Assembly (NCBI GenBank): GCA_036676395.1
Contig: JAKFCY010000002.1
Location: 2,112,001-2,176,000 of the forward strand
Reading direction: 5' to 3'
DNA length: 64,000 nucleotides
Source: Bdellovibrio sp.
GTDB lineage: Bacteria > Bdellovibrionota > Bdellovibrionia > Bdellovibrionales > Bdellovibrionaceae
Under the pieces are notes generated by a model, which was not told where the DNA came from, ran no database searches, and saw only the letters and a list, made by a program, of their open reading frames with translations. The translations under genes were made by a program, and so were the position numbers. Positions 48,931 through 57,950 of this stretch are shown in pieces. Each line of letters begins with the position of its first letter. The stretch's first letter is position 1.

Positions 48931-49306
48931 CATTGTACGCTTGTTCGTAAAATTGCAACGAACGGGCGTCAGTTTTTTTCACTAATTCTTGGTAAACTTT
49001 TGTAATCTCATGCATCGATGCCCCTTGCGGCACACCCAACACATCATGGGCTTCCCAATCATGTCCGTTGTACATAAAAATCACCGAAAGCGATCTGCTG
49101 CTTACCTCGCGCGGTTCTGCTTGCTGAACTGCCAAAGTCTTTGGGCTTTCGGGCTCTAAAACTTGCGTTTTTTTATCGCCAGAATCTTTGGCGCGCATGT
49201 TCAACTTTGTCGGCTGTTTAGGCTTAGGACGCCCTAAAACAAAATACAGCACTAAAAGTACGCCGAATACTAAGTTTAAGAATAAAAGCAGTTGGCTATT
49301 GATCAC
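48896..49306 (-). CDS. Membrane-anchored J-like domain protein lacking HPD
   Basis: N-terminal TM; AHDVLGVPQGASMHEITKVYQELV...EQAYNAI resembles DnaJ helices. Confidence 0.6.
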   Translation of the reverse strand: MINSQLLLFLNLVFGVLLVLYFVLGRPKPKQPTKLNMRAKDSGDKKTQVLEPESPKTLAVQQAEPREVSSRSLSVIFMYNGHDWEAHDVLGVPQGASMHEITKVYQELVKKTDARSLQFYEQAYNAISIRHRKHRL

Positions 49307-49375
49307 TTTGTTATTATTAATTTACTTCTATTAGTTGTAAACGAGAATTCGGCAATGCCCGATACAAGGACTGTC

Positions 49376-50155
49376 ATGAACCCATTCGACCGCCAAGCTG
49401 CTATCCCCGGAGTTAAAAAAATCATCGTCGTTGCCTCAGGAAAAGGCGGCGTTGGTAAAAGCACCGTTTCAACAAACCTTGCCTTAGCTTTACGTAAATA
49501 CGGTTCTGTTGGTTTATTAGACGCCGACATCTACGGCCCATCGATCCCGCGCATGATGGGAGCCATCAACCAAAAACCCACAGTTTCTAACGGCACCGAA
49601 ATCAACCCGATCGAACGTTACGGCATTAAACTAATGAGCATTGGCTTCTTAGCAGAAGAAGGTGCAGCGATCGTTTGGCGTGGTCCGATGTTATTCAAAG
49701 CCATGGATCAATTCTTTCGCGATGTAAAATGGGGCGAGCTTGATTTCTTAGTGATCGATCTTCCACCTGGCACTGGTGATGTGCAGTTATCAGTGGTTCA
49801 AAAAATCCCGGTATCAGCGGCAGTGATCGTATCAACACCACAAAACGTGGCCTTAATCGACGCTAAAAAAGCGATCGACATGTTCGAACGCACTCAAGTT
49901 AAAATTTTAGGAATGGTTGAAAACATGTCTTACATGTTAAATCCAGTAAACGGCGAAAAAATGCAGCTATTTCCAAAAGGCGAAATGGATTCTTTCTTAG
50001 CAGCGAAAAAAATTCCAAAGCTTGTTGAAATGCCGTTTAACCCAAGCATTTCTTTAGGCTCAGAAGCCGGCATCCCGTTAATGGAAAGCTACTCAGATTC
50101 TTTAGAAGCAAAAACTTTTGCAGAACTTGCCGCTAAAGTTGTAGAGAGTATTTAA
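49376..50155 (+). CDS. mrp: Mrp/NBP35 Fe-S cluster carrier ATPase
   Basis: SGKGGVGKST, DADIYGPS, WRGPM, DLPPGTGD and ENMS motifs; AAGGA RBS before ATG at 49376. Confidence 0.93.
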   Translation: MNPFDRQAAIPGVKKIIVVASGKGGVGKSTVSTNLALALRKYGSVGLLDADIYGPSIPRMMGAINQKPTVSNGTEINPIERYGIKLMSIGFLAEEGAAIVWRGPMLFKAMDQFFRDVKWGELDFLVIDLPPGTGDVQLSVVQKIPVSAAVIVSTPQNVALIDAKKAIDMFERTQVKILGMVENMSYMLNPVNGEKMQLFPKGEMDSFLAAKKIPKLVEMPFNPSISLGSEAGIPLMESYSDSLEAKTFAELAAKVVESI

Positions 50156-50210
50156 TCACTCTGGTTTTGGGTTTACACTTTTAGAGAAGTTGTAAACCGA
50201 AAACATGAGC
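50156..50210. repeat. Second copy of the REP-like palindrome seen at 1176-1214
   Basis: tcactctggttttgggtttacac-N12-tgtaaaccgaaaacatgagc; arms match the first copy at 20/23 and 18/20. Confidence 0.75.
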
Positions 50211-50310
50211 AATAAAAAAGCGCTGACAACCATCAAGCCTAAAAGGCTACCGCACCTATCCGTTCGTTAATTCTTTTTAATCGTACGCAATGGCGATCTA
50301 AAAAGCTCAA

Positions 50311-50442
50311 CTAGTAAGGAAACTGCTTAAATAAGTTTAAGATCTTTTCTAAAATCACTAGGACTTTAAAGACTAGACCTAAAACCCGTTTAAGTTTCTC
50401 TCGTTTGTGTCGATATTTCATTATCACTTTGAAATACGGCAT
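50311..50442 (-). CDS. 43-aa cationic amphipathic peptide (type I toxin-like), not in the ORF track
   Basis: MPYFKVIMKYRHKREKLKRVLGLVFKVLVILEKILNLFKQFPY*; AAGGAG 6 nt before ATG. Confidence 0.6.
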   Translation of the reverse strand: MPYFKVIMKYRHKREKLKRVLGLVFKVLVILEKILNLFKQFPY

Positions 50443-50483
50443 TCGGATCTCCTTCCTCGGAAAGGGTGTCACGAAAGCCTCTT

Positions 50484-50515
50484 AAAGCGAGATGGCGTAA
50501 GCAATCTCGCTTTTT
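50484..50515. terminator. Hairpin terminator, with the stronger U tract on the + strand
   Basis: aaagcgagat-ggcgtaagca-atctcgcttt-tt; GUAA (GNRA) loop when read on the + strand. Confidence 0.7.
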
Positions 50516-50532
50516 GCATTTAAAGAGCCAAA

Positions 50533-52152
50533 TTAGTTGTGGTGAACGCGTTCTACGTACTCTGGGTAAGTCATATCGTAAGTCGTTAAATGATTCTTAT
50601 CGATTTCAAATACGCGCGTTGTGATTTCACGCAAGAAGAAACGATCATGCGATACCATCATCACTGTGCCCGGAAATTCTTTAATCGCCTTTAATAGCAC
50701 TTCACGAGATTTAATATCTAAGTGATTCGTTGGCTCATCCAGCACTAAGAAATTCACCGGCTCTGATAAAATACACGCTAAAATTACGCGAGACTTCTCA
50801 CCACCCGATAAAATCGAAATCTTTTTTTCTGCTTCTTCACCAGAAAACAAGAATGCTCCTAATAAACTCTTAATAGAACCAATCGTTGCATTCGGAACAC
50901 GAGATTCCATCTCTTGCATGATAGTGTTGTTCGGATTTAATAAATCTAAAGAGTTCTGCGAAAAATAGCCTACAGAAATAGAAGGCCCGACTGTGCATGT
51001 TCCTGCTGAAGCTTCAGTTTGCTTAGTGATGATTTTAAGTAAAGTCGATTTACCCGCACCATTCACACCGACTACGGCTACGCGGTCCATACGTTTAACT
51101 AACGCTGTCGCGTTGTTAAATACGTTTCTGTCACGGCCATCTTTTAAGTGATAAGTTTTGCCAAGTTTTTCAAACTTCACAACTTCATCACCTCCGCGTG
51201 GTGGCTCTGGCCAAACGAAATCCATCGCACGATCTTCTGGTGGAATTTCAATGCGATCAATCTTTTCTAATTTTTTAACACGGGATTGCACTTGCGCTGC
51301 ATGCGATGCACGCGCCGCAAAGCGCGCGATAAATTCTTCTTCTTTAGCTAACATATCGTCTTGGCGACGAGCTTGCGCGATTAATTGCTCTTTACGAATT
51401 TGACGTTCTTTATCATAGAAATCGTAATTACCACCGTACACAGTGATCGCTTTATTGGCGATTTCGATAGTTTTCGTCACAAGTCGATTCATAAAATCAC
51501 GATCATGCGAAGTCATTAAGACAGAGCCTTTAAAATCTTTAAGCCAAGCTTCAAGCCACACGATCGATTCAACATCTAAGTGATTCGTCGGCTCATCCAT
51601 TAATAAAACATCAGGCATTAATAATAAGATCTTAGCTAAGCTTGCACGCATTTTCCAACCGCCCGAGAACTGGCCGATATCCATTTGCATATCTTCTTTA
51701 GAAAAACCAAGACCACCTAAGATTGCAGAAGCACGCGGTTCTACATCGTAGCCACCCACAGCTTCAAACTGCTCTTGCAACACGCCGTATTTTTCAACGA
51801 CATCCATCATCTCATCTTCACCAAGATTTGGATCTTGTAAGCGCTCTTCGTAGTGCTTAATCATATCGACTACTTTATCTAAGCCTCCACTGGCTAACAC
51901 TTCAGCCAATACAGAACGGCCTTTCATGTTTTCGATACTTTGCGAGAAATAACCAATGCGAATTCTTTCAGGTTTAGAAATAGTGCCTTGATCAGGAGAC
52001 TCTTCGCCCATGATTAAACGAAAGATTGTCGTTTTACCCGCGCCATTAGAGCCGACCAGGCCGATTTTATCGCCAGGATTAATTTGAAATGACCCATTTG
52101 CGTATAAAATTTTAGTACCAACTTGTTTTGTAACGGCGTTAAAAGCGACCAT
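50533..52152 (-). CDS. ABC-F family ATPase (YheS/YdiF-like)
   Basis: GSNGAGKT/FSGGW/DEPTNHLD and GVNGAGKS/LSGGE/DEPTNHLD; AQVQSRVKKLEK linker. Confidence 0.92.
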   Translation of the reverse strand: MVAFNAVTKQVGTKILYANGSFQINPGDKIGLVGSNGAGKTTIFRLIMGEESPDQGTISKPERIRIGYFSQSIENMKGRSVLAEVLASGGLDKVVDMIKHYEERLQDPNLGEDEMMDVVEKYGVLQEQFEAVGGYDVEPRASAILGGLGFSKEDMQMDIGQFSGGWKMRASLAKILLLMPDVLLMDEPTNHLDVESIVWLEAWLKDFKGSVLMTSHDRDFMNRLVTKTIEIANKAITVYGGNYDFYDKERQIRKEQLIAQARRQDDMLAKEEEFIARFAARASHAAQVQSRVKKLEKIDRIEIPPEDRAMDFVWPEPPRGGDEVVKFEKLGKTYHLKDGRDRNVFNNATALVKRMDRVAVVGVNGAGKSTLLKIITKQTEASAGTCTVGPSISVGYFSQNSLDLLNPNNTIMQEMESRVPNATIGSIKSLLGAFLFSGEEAEKKISILSGGEKSRVILACILSEPVNFLVLDEPTNHLDIKSREVLLKAIKEFPGTVMMVSHDRFFLREITTRVFEIDKNHLTTYDMTYPEYVERVHHN

Positions 52153-52332
52153 ATTTATTCCTAGGATTTCAATTAATTAATTTGAGACGTTTTATATTCT
52201 TTTTTGAGAATAATCAAAAAAAATTGGAAATACAATTCGCACCCAGGCTATTCTTAATTCATACAAGATCAATTAATCTGAGTGGAGCACTCTAAGGAGA
52301 CGTTATATGCGCCGAATTCACGACCATAACGA

Positions 52333-52359
52333 TAAAGCACCAAAGTGACGTTGCGATAA
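52333..52359 (+). promoter_or_regulatory. Sigma28 (FliA)-type promoter
   Basis: TAAA-N15-TGCGATAA versus the consensus TAAA-N15-GCCGATAA. Confidence 0.6.
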
Positions 52360-52494
52360 ATAAAATATCTTACCGTTTTTTTATGACGGAAACCGGTTTA
52401 CATGGTGTAGGCAATGGTTTCGAGTTGATTTCTTTACTAACGTAATAGGAGGTCACTAGCGGTTTGAAAAGAATACGGGTAATTCCGTATCCTT

Positions 52495-52586
52495 CTTTTG
52501 CCTCAAGGCAAACCAGAGGGAACTCTGGGACGCAAAGCTATAGGGGCTCGCTGTTTATTCAGCAAAAGCCAGCCAGCTACCAAAGG
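52495..52586 (+). promoter_or_regulatory. c-di-GMP-I (GEMM) riboswitch aptamer
   Basis: GGCAAACC-AGAG-GGAA-CUCU-GG-GACGCAAAGC...GCCAGCCAGCUACC; GNRA-capped P2; P1 CUUUUG/CAAAGG. Confidence 0.9.
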
Positions 52587-52665
52587 ATATAAGAACCTGC
52601 GGTGAAAACTGCAATGGAAGGAAAAACAAATACATATTATTTCATGGATTGGTTTCATTCCCCTT

Positions 52666-52710
52666 AACTCTAAACTTATCAGTGGATGACAAAGTTTAGA
52701 GTTTTTTTTT
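52666..52710 (+). terminator. Intrinsic terminator closing the riboswitch RNA
   Basis: aactctaaactt...aagtttagagtt 12-bp stem ending in a T9 run. Confidence 0.88.
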
Positions 52711-52726
52711 GCTTAAAATAAACAAA

Positions 52727-54100
52727 TTAAATTCTAGGAATGCTTAATCTTACGCCAGCGCGTAGTTTCGACTTACGCTTAATATTGTTGGCTTTGCTCA
52801 ATTCAATAACAGATAGATTATATCTGTCTGCAATCGAGGCCAATGAATCGCCTCTTTTAACCACATAAAATTTGCTCGATGTGACGCTTTTTGAAGACGT
52901 TTTTTTCTTTTCTTTTGTCGATTTTCTTTCGATCAATGGCGTGCGGTCCGGAACGATTATTTTTTGCCCGACACGGATAGTTTTCTTACGCGAAAAATCA
53001 TTTAATTCGCGTAAGTACGCCACTGTTGTTCTGTACTTACGGGCAATCGCTCCTAAGTTGTCACCACGGCGAACTTTGTAGTGCTGAGTTTCAACCTGGT
53101 CAGGCACGAAATCTACAAGGCTTGCGACCGAGTTTTGCGCCGCTAAGGTAGCTACTTCCATTGTGCCTGCAGGAATACGTAAACTTAAAGTGTTGTCAGC
53201 TAAATCAAGAGGCGCTATTTCGCCTTTGAATTTTGGATTTAAATCTTTAAAGTCTTCGTAATTGAAATTCATTTTTTCGGCCATGATACGAAGATTGACT
53301 GGCTCTTTTAATGTAACGTGATCAAATTCAATAGGTGTCATGTAATCGATGCCTTCAAATCCGTATTTATCCGGATTTTTTGCAATCAATTTTGCCGCGA
53401 TATATTTTGGAACGTAATTATCAGTCTCTGCAGGCAAGGCTTTACGGTTTTTTGAAAGCTCCCAAAAATCTTTTGTTTTGTATTTTCTAACGGCTTTGAT
53501 CACACGGCCTTCACCCACATTGTAGGCCGCCATTGATAAATACCAAGAATTAAAAATGCCGTATAAGTCTCTGAAATACTCGGCGGCCGCTTGGGTGGCT
53601 AAAACTGGATCGCGACGCTCATCAACCATTTTATTAATATCTAATTTATAACGTTTTCCTGTACCGCGAATAAATTGCCAGTAACCCACAGCCGATGCAT
53701 GTGATCTTGCTGAAGAGCTAAAACCTGATTCGATTAAAGCGATGTAGAATAAATCTTCTGGTAATTTATTATCGCGTAAAACTTTTTTCATTAACGCTTC
53801 ATAACGCGTAGAACGGGCTAAATAACGCTCCATGTGCGGACGACCGCGGCCTTGAAAGTATTTGATCCACATTTCAACTTTTTCATTAATTTCTGTGGGG
53901 ATGGTCTCAAGCTCTTGGTTTTCAGAAATTTTGGAGTTAGTCGCTTTCGCGCTTTCTTTTTCGCTTTCAGAGACGCGAAATTTTTCTAGGTCGCCTTCTT
54001 TATTATACTCAGTTGTCGGTCCTGTAGATTTAGAATTCGTTACACAACCAAATGAAACACATAATAAAGACATCAATAATAACCTAGATGTTAGTCGCAC
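52727..54100 (-). CDS. mltD: MltD-type lytic transglycosylase lipoprotein with two LysM domains
   Basis: Lipobox SFGC; LIESGF, AVGYWQF, AAYNVGEG and ETDNYVPK motifs; YKVRRGDNL and YVVKRGDSL LysM repeats. Confidence 0.9.
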   Translation of the reverse strand: MRLTSRLLLMSLLCVSFGCVTNSKSTGPTTEYNKEGDLEKFRVSESEKESAKATNSKISENQELETIPTEINEKVEMWIKYFQGRGRPHMERYLARSTRYEALMKKVLRDNKLPEDLFYIALIESGFSSSARSHASAVGYWQFIRGTGKRYKLDINKMVDERRDPVLATQAAAEYFRDLYGIFNSWYLSMAAYNVGEGRVIKAVRKYKTKDFWELSKNRKALPAETDNYVPKYIAAKLIAKNPDKYGFEGIDYMTPIEFDHVTLKEPVNLRIMAEKMNFNYEDFKDLNPKFKGEIAPLDLADNTLSLRIPAGTMEVATLAAQNSVASLVDFVPDQVETQHYKVRRGDNLGAIARKYRTTVAYLRELNDFSRKKTIRVGQKIIVPDRTPLIERKSTKEKKKTSSKSVTSSKFYVVKRGDSLASIADRYNLSVIELSKANNIKRKSKLRAGVRLSIPRI

Positions 54101-54174
54101 GCGATGCTCCCCCCAAAATTTAAGGCTACAAGTGAAGAGCAGCGTTTACAAGACTATATTTTACCTGTGGCGAT

Positions 54175-56148
54175 TTACGGCAATTCAGACACAATTTTTA
54201 GTGTAGTGGCTTTGATTTCTTTTAACATTTCTTCAGGCGTATTACGACTAAGGGCCTGCTCGCGCAATGATTCTGGCGCAAATCCCACCATCTGAAAATA
54301 ATCAAAAAGTTCATTCAATTTTTTCTCGTAACTTTGGCGGTAGTTTTCGGGCATTTTATAAAACAAAGCCGCCCAGTCTTGCGTAGCACTCTGTTCTTGT
54401 GCCAAGTGGGCCGTTACTAAATAAAGTAAATTAATCGATTCGGCACCAAACAAACGGTAATCTTTATTTTTAACAGCACCTTCTAAAACTTTTAATTTTG
54501 TTTCTACTTTAAAAGATAACTGCGGCGCCATTCGCAAATTTTTAAGAGCTAATAAAAACTGCGCAATGACAGCAATAACCGCAATCATTGAAAGGCTGAC
54601 CAAGATCGGAAGCTTCGCATCAGCTGTCGGCAACCATGAAGAACTTAGCTCGGTCACCGGTAAAAATACTTTTTCGGCTTCAGCTTTTTGCGCCTCAATG
54701 GTATCACTGGCTTTAAGCGGCGCAAGGCTAGAGCCCTTCACCGCTTCAGTGATATTGATACTGAATTCTTCAGTTGATTTTGTGATGTACTGTTTTAACG
54801 TCGGGTCAAAATACGAAAAATTAATCTGCGGAATTTTAACTTCACCAGGTGTTTTCGCGATCACTAAAATTTCAAATTCTTTAAAACTTAATCCATCTTT
54901 AAAAAATTTAGATTCACTTTTTGTATCATAAACTTCTAAATTCTCGGGCCATTTGATTTCAGGCAATTCGATCACCTTGGCATTACCCTGCCCTTCTAAA
55001 CGCACCCGTAATGAAATCGGCTGCCCTGCCGGAAACTGCGTGCCATCAACTTGGGTTTGAATTTGAAACTGCCCCACGGCTCCAGAAAACGATAAAGGTT
55101 TTCCTTCTGTTGGCAGTGGCAGCACCGTGATTTCTGCGCGCTTTGAGGCCTTGGTGTATTCTTGCTGTGAACCCCAGCCAAACTGGGTCGGTAGACGAAC
55201 TTTGGCTTTAATTTTAAATTCATCGATCGTGGTTTTTCCGGGCTTAATCGGAAACAGCGCATGCGCTGCCAACAAGGCTTTTTTATACATTAGGCCATTC
55301 ACCATCTCTTCAGTGAATTGCAGCGACGGCACTTCTTCGATGATTTCTTTCCAGAAACCTTTTAAATCCGGAAATTTGGCGCGATCTAAAGAATCTAAAT
55401 TACCGCGCGTATAAATATGCCAAGTAGCGGTGATTTGTTCACCTTCATAAGCTGTTTTTTTATCGGCTTCTAATAAAAGAAAAAAAGCTTCGTTGGTGTT
55501 TAAATTTTCAATCGTGCGTGAAGGAATTTGATTATTTGGCACCTGGTTAAAATTTGGCGCGCCTCTTCCGCCGCCCAGGCCTTGCCCCATTTGCTTTTGC
55601 ACTTCTTCTAACATTTTCTGCCGCTGCTTCATCAGCTGTGCAAACATATCTTCGTCAGCTTGAAATGGGTCATCTTCATCGTCTTTAAATTGCGGGCGCC
55701 CGGCAATGTTTGGGCGCTGCTGTCTTTGGGCTTGGCTATTTTGTGAAACAGAAATTTTTTGCGGCGCCGATCTGATTTGTTTGCCGTTCACTTCAACCGT
55801 AATGGCCGGAATCGTTACAATCCCCGCCTTAATAGCTTCGAACTGAAAAATATATTGCTGCGATACTGTTTTTGAAAAATCGGTTTTACCATTTACAAAA
55901 TTCATGCGCGTTGACGAAGACTGTCCGGCATTTTGCCCTTGTAAAAACTTTAACCCCGCAATATCTGAAATCTGCGGGTCATTCATTTGAAAATCATCAG
56001 ATGACTGCACCGTTAAACTAATTTGAACCGTATCACCAAGCCCTACTGATTCAGGCTGAATTTCAACTTTTAAGGTCTCTGCGGCAAAGGCCATCACCGC
56101 GCAGACTTGAATAAATAAAATAAATAATGCTTTACCAATCTTTTGCAT
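54175..56148 (-). CDS. batD: BatD-family protein
   Basis: AYEGEQI, FSGAVGQF and LEGQGN Ig-like repeats; C-terminal TM; position in the bat operon. Confidence 0.85.
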   Translation of the reverse strand: MQKIGKALFILFIQVCAVMAFAAETLKVEIQPESVGLGDTVQISLTVQSSDDFQMNDPQISDIAGLKFLQGQNAGQSSSTRMNFVNGKTDFSKTVSQQYIFQFEAIKAGIVTIPAITVEVNGKQIRSAPQKISVSQNSQAQRQQRPNIAGRPQFKDDEDDPFQADEDMFAQLMKQRQKMLEEVQKQMGQGLGGGRGAPNFNQVPNNQIPSRTIENLNTNEAFFLLLEADKKTAYEGEQITATWHIYTRGNLDSLDRAKFPDLKGFWKEIIEEVPSLQFTEEMVNGLMYKKALLAAHALFPIKPGKTTIDEFKIKAKVRLPTQFGWGSQQEYTKASKRAEITVLPLPTEGKPLSFSGAVGQFQIQTQVDGTQFPAGQPISLRVRLEGQGNAKVIELPEIKWPENLEVYDTKSESKFFKDGLSFKEFEILVIAKTPGEVKIPQINFSYFDPTLKQYITKSTEEFSINITEAVKGSSLAPLKASDTIEAQKAEAEKVFLPVTELSSSWLPTADAKLPILVSLSMIAVIAVIAQFLLALKNLRMAPQLSFKVETKLKVLEGAVKNKDYRLFGAESINLLYLVTAHLAQEQSATQDWAALFYKMPENYRQSYEKKLNELFDYFQMVGFAPESLREQALSRNTPEEMLKEIKATTLKIVSELP

Positions 56149-56899
56149 TTTTATCCTCTTTGCGATCTTTTTTATTATAATTAGCGCGAATTTTTTTATC
56201 TTGCTGTGATAATTCACCTAAGATTTTTTTAACATCAGCTTCGCTTAACTGCTCGCCTTTAAATGGGCGAGGTTTATATTTAGAGGTCTGCTGGCGGTCT
56301 TTTTCTTGTTCTTTGTCTTTGTTTTTTTCTTTATCTTCGCCATCATTGGGGTCTTTATTTTCGCCCTTACCGTCTTGGTCTTTTTTATCAGACTTACCGT
56401 CGCCGCCGCCACCTTGCTGCTGCTGAATCAGTAATTCGATATTGTGCTTAGTTTCAAGCGAGGCCGGGTTAACATCTAAAGCTTTCTGGTAAAATTCTAA
56501 AGCTTTTTCAGTTTCTTTAGCGTGGTGATAACGTAAACCTAAATTATAATAAATTTGAAATATATCACCCGGGTATAATTGCTCTTTGTAACGCTCTAAT
56601 AAATTTAAGGCTAAATCAAAAGACTGTCCTGATTCATCTTTTTTCTGTAAAGCATCAAAGATAATTCCTAGGTTAGAATGGGTTTGAATCGAAAGTGGGT
56701 CATTTTCTAAAATTTTTAATTCGTAGTCTAAGGCTATTTCTGGATTTTTATCTTTAAGAGCGCTACGGGCTTTATAGTCATAATAAAGCGAACCTAAACT
56801 TGGCCATGGTAATTTATCGTTAGCTGCGACTGGCGCAGAAACTTGCGCCAAAGCGGTCGCAGAAACAAGCAAACTTAAAAGAAAAGACTTAAAATTCAT
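56132..56899 (-). CDS. batC: BatC-like TPR protein
   Basis: YYNLG...YQKAL...KHNIELL followed by a charged low-complexity tail ending KDW. Confidence 0.8.
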   Translation of the reverse strand: MNFKSFLLSLLVSATALAQVSAPVAANDKLPWPSLGSLYYDYKARSALKDKNPEIALDYELKILENDPLSIQTHSNLGIIFDALQKKDESGQSFDLALNLLERYKEQLYPGDIFQIYYNLGLRYHHAKETEKALEFYQKALDVNPASLETKHNIELLIQQQQGGGGDGKSDKKDQDGKGENKDPNDGEDKEKNKDKEQEKDRQQTSKYKPRPFKGEQLSEADVKKILGELSQQDKKIRANYNKKDRKEDKNAKDW

Positions 56900-57950
56900 A
56901 ACGTCCTTTCCACATGATTGGTTCTTTTTTGCGATCACTGATTAATAAACTTAATAATAAAATCACTAAACCTAAAGCTAACGGATAACTAAATTTTTCG
57001 TCGTATTGCACAACCATCGACGAATCAAAAAGCGCTTTTTCATAAAGATTAATATCCTGCGCGATTTGTTTTAAATGGCTACCCTCTGCCGACGCGAAAT
57101 AAAAACTGCCTTCACCGGCTTGCGCTAAAGATTTTAAAAATTCACCTTTAACCTGAGTGATAATAACTTCGCCCTGTTTATTTTTTTTCGACCCCGTTAA
57201 ATTACCAAAGGGATCACGCGTCGGAATACTTCCGCCTTTTTCAGTGCCGTAGGCGATAGAAATAATTTTAACGCCGTCTTTAGCCAATTGTTTTGCGGCT
57301 TCAAGAGCACCTTCTTCTTGGTCTTCACCATCTGAAGCTACAATAATTACGCGCGTTGTTTTTAAATCATTTGATTGTGTTACGCCGCCTTTTTCAAAAG
57401 CCTCTTTAGCAAATGATAACGCAGGTTCAAAAGCTGTTCCTTGCGTCGATACGGCGTACGTATCTAACGACGAGATATATAATTTAAGCGCACCGGGATC
57501 AGAAGTTAACGGCGACATTAGCGCGGCACTTCCCGCAAAAGCGATTAAGCCTGTTTTATTACCCGGCATTAAATCCATCAATTTAGCTAATTCGATTTTC
57601 ATTTGTTCTAAACGCGACGGGCGCACATCTTCGGCTAACATCGAATCTGAAACATCAGCCACGATCATAAGCTCGACACCTTCAGATTTTACTTCTTGTT
57701 CTGATTGGCCCATTTGCGGGCGCGCTAACGCTGTGATCAGAAAAAATCCGGCTAAGGCTTGTAAAAATAATTGTAAGCGGCGTTTCGGTAACGAAACACT
57801 GGCGCGAAGCCACGGCACAACTTTTTTACCGAAAGCTTGGTTTAATTTTTTTTCTGAGTTTTTCTCGAAATAAAAATATAATAAAACCCAAATACCCAGC
57901 AATATTAAAAAACTAAAGGCCGATGCATTACCCCAGCGTAAGACTGACAT
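56889..57950 (-). CDS. batB: BatB-like vWA membrane protein
   Basis: ALARPQ, DVSDSM (MIDAS), PSRL and SDGED motifs. Confidence 0.85.
   Translation of the reverse strand: MSVLRWGNASAFSFLILLGIWVLLYFYFEKNSEKKLNQAFGKKVVPWLRASVSLPKRRLQLFLQALAGFFLITALARPQMGQSEQEVKSEGVELMIVADVSDSMLAEDVRPSRLEQMKIELAKLMDLMPGNKTGLIAFAGSAALMSPLTSDPGALKLYISSLDTYAVSTQGTAFEPALSFAKEAFEKGGVTQSNDLKTTRVIIVASDGEDQEEGALEAAKQLAKDGVKIISIAYGTEKGGSIPTRDPFGNLTGSKKNKQGEVIITQVKGEFLKSLAQAGEGSFYFASAEGSHLKQIAQDINLYEKALFDSSMVVQYDEKFSYPLALGLVILLLSLLISDRKKEPIMWKGRYEF

Larger units (their letters stand above)
52366..52710 (+). ncRNA. Probable stand-alone riboswitch-containing RNA (merRNA-like), ~345 nt
   Basis: Promoter, aptamer and strong terminator are all on the + strand, while both flanking genes are on the - strand. 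Confidence 0.6.

Noticed and set aside
52307..52348. 13-aa ORF MRRIHDHNDKAPK with AAGGAG RBS, considered as an ABC-F leader peptide
   Set aside because: It is on the opposite strand from the ABC-F gene, overlaps the predicted sigma28 promoter, and has no other support.
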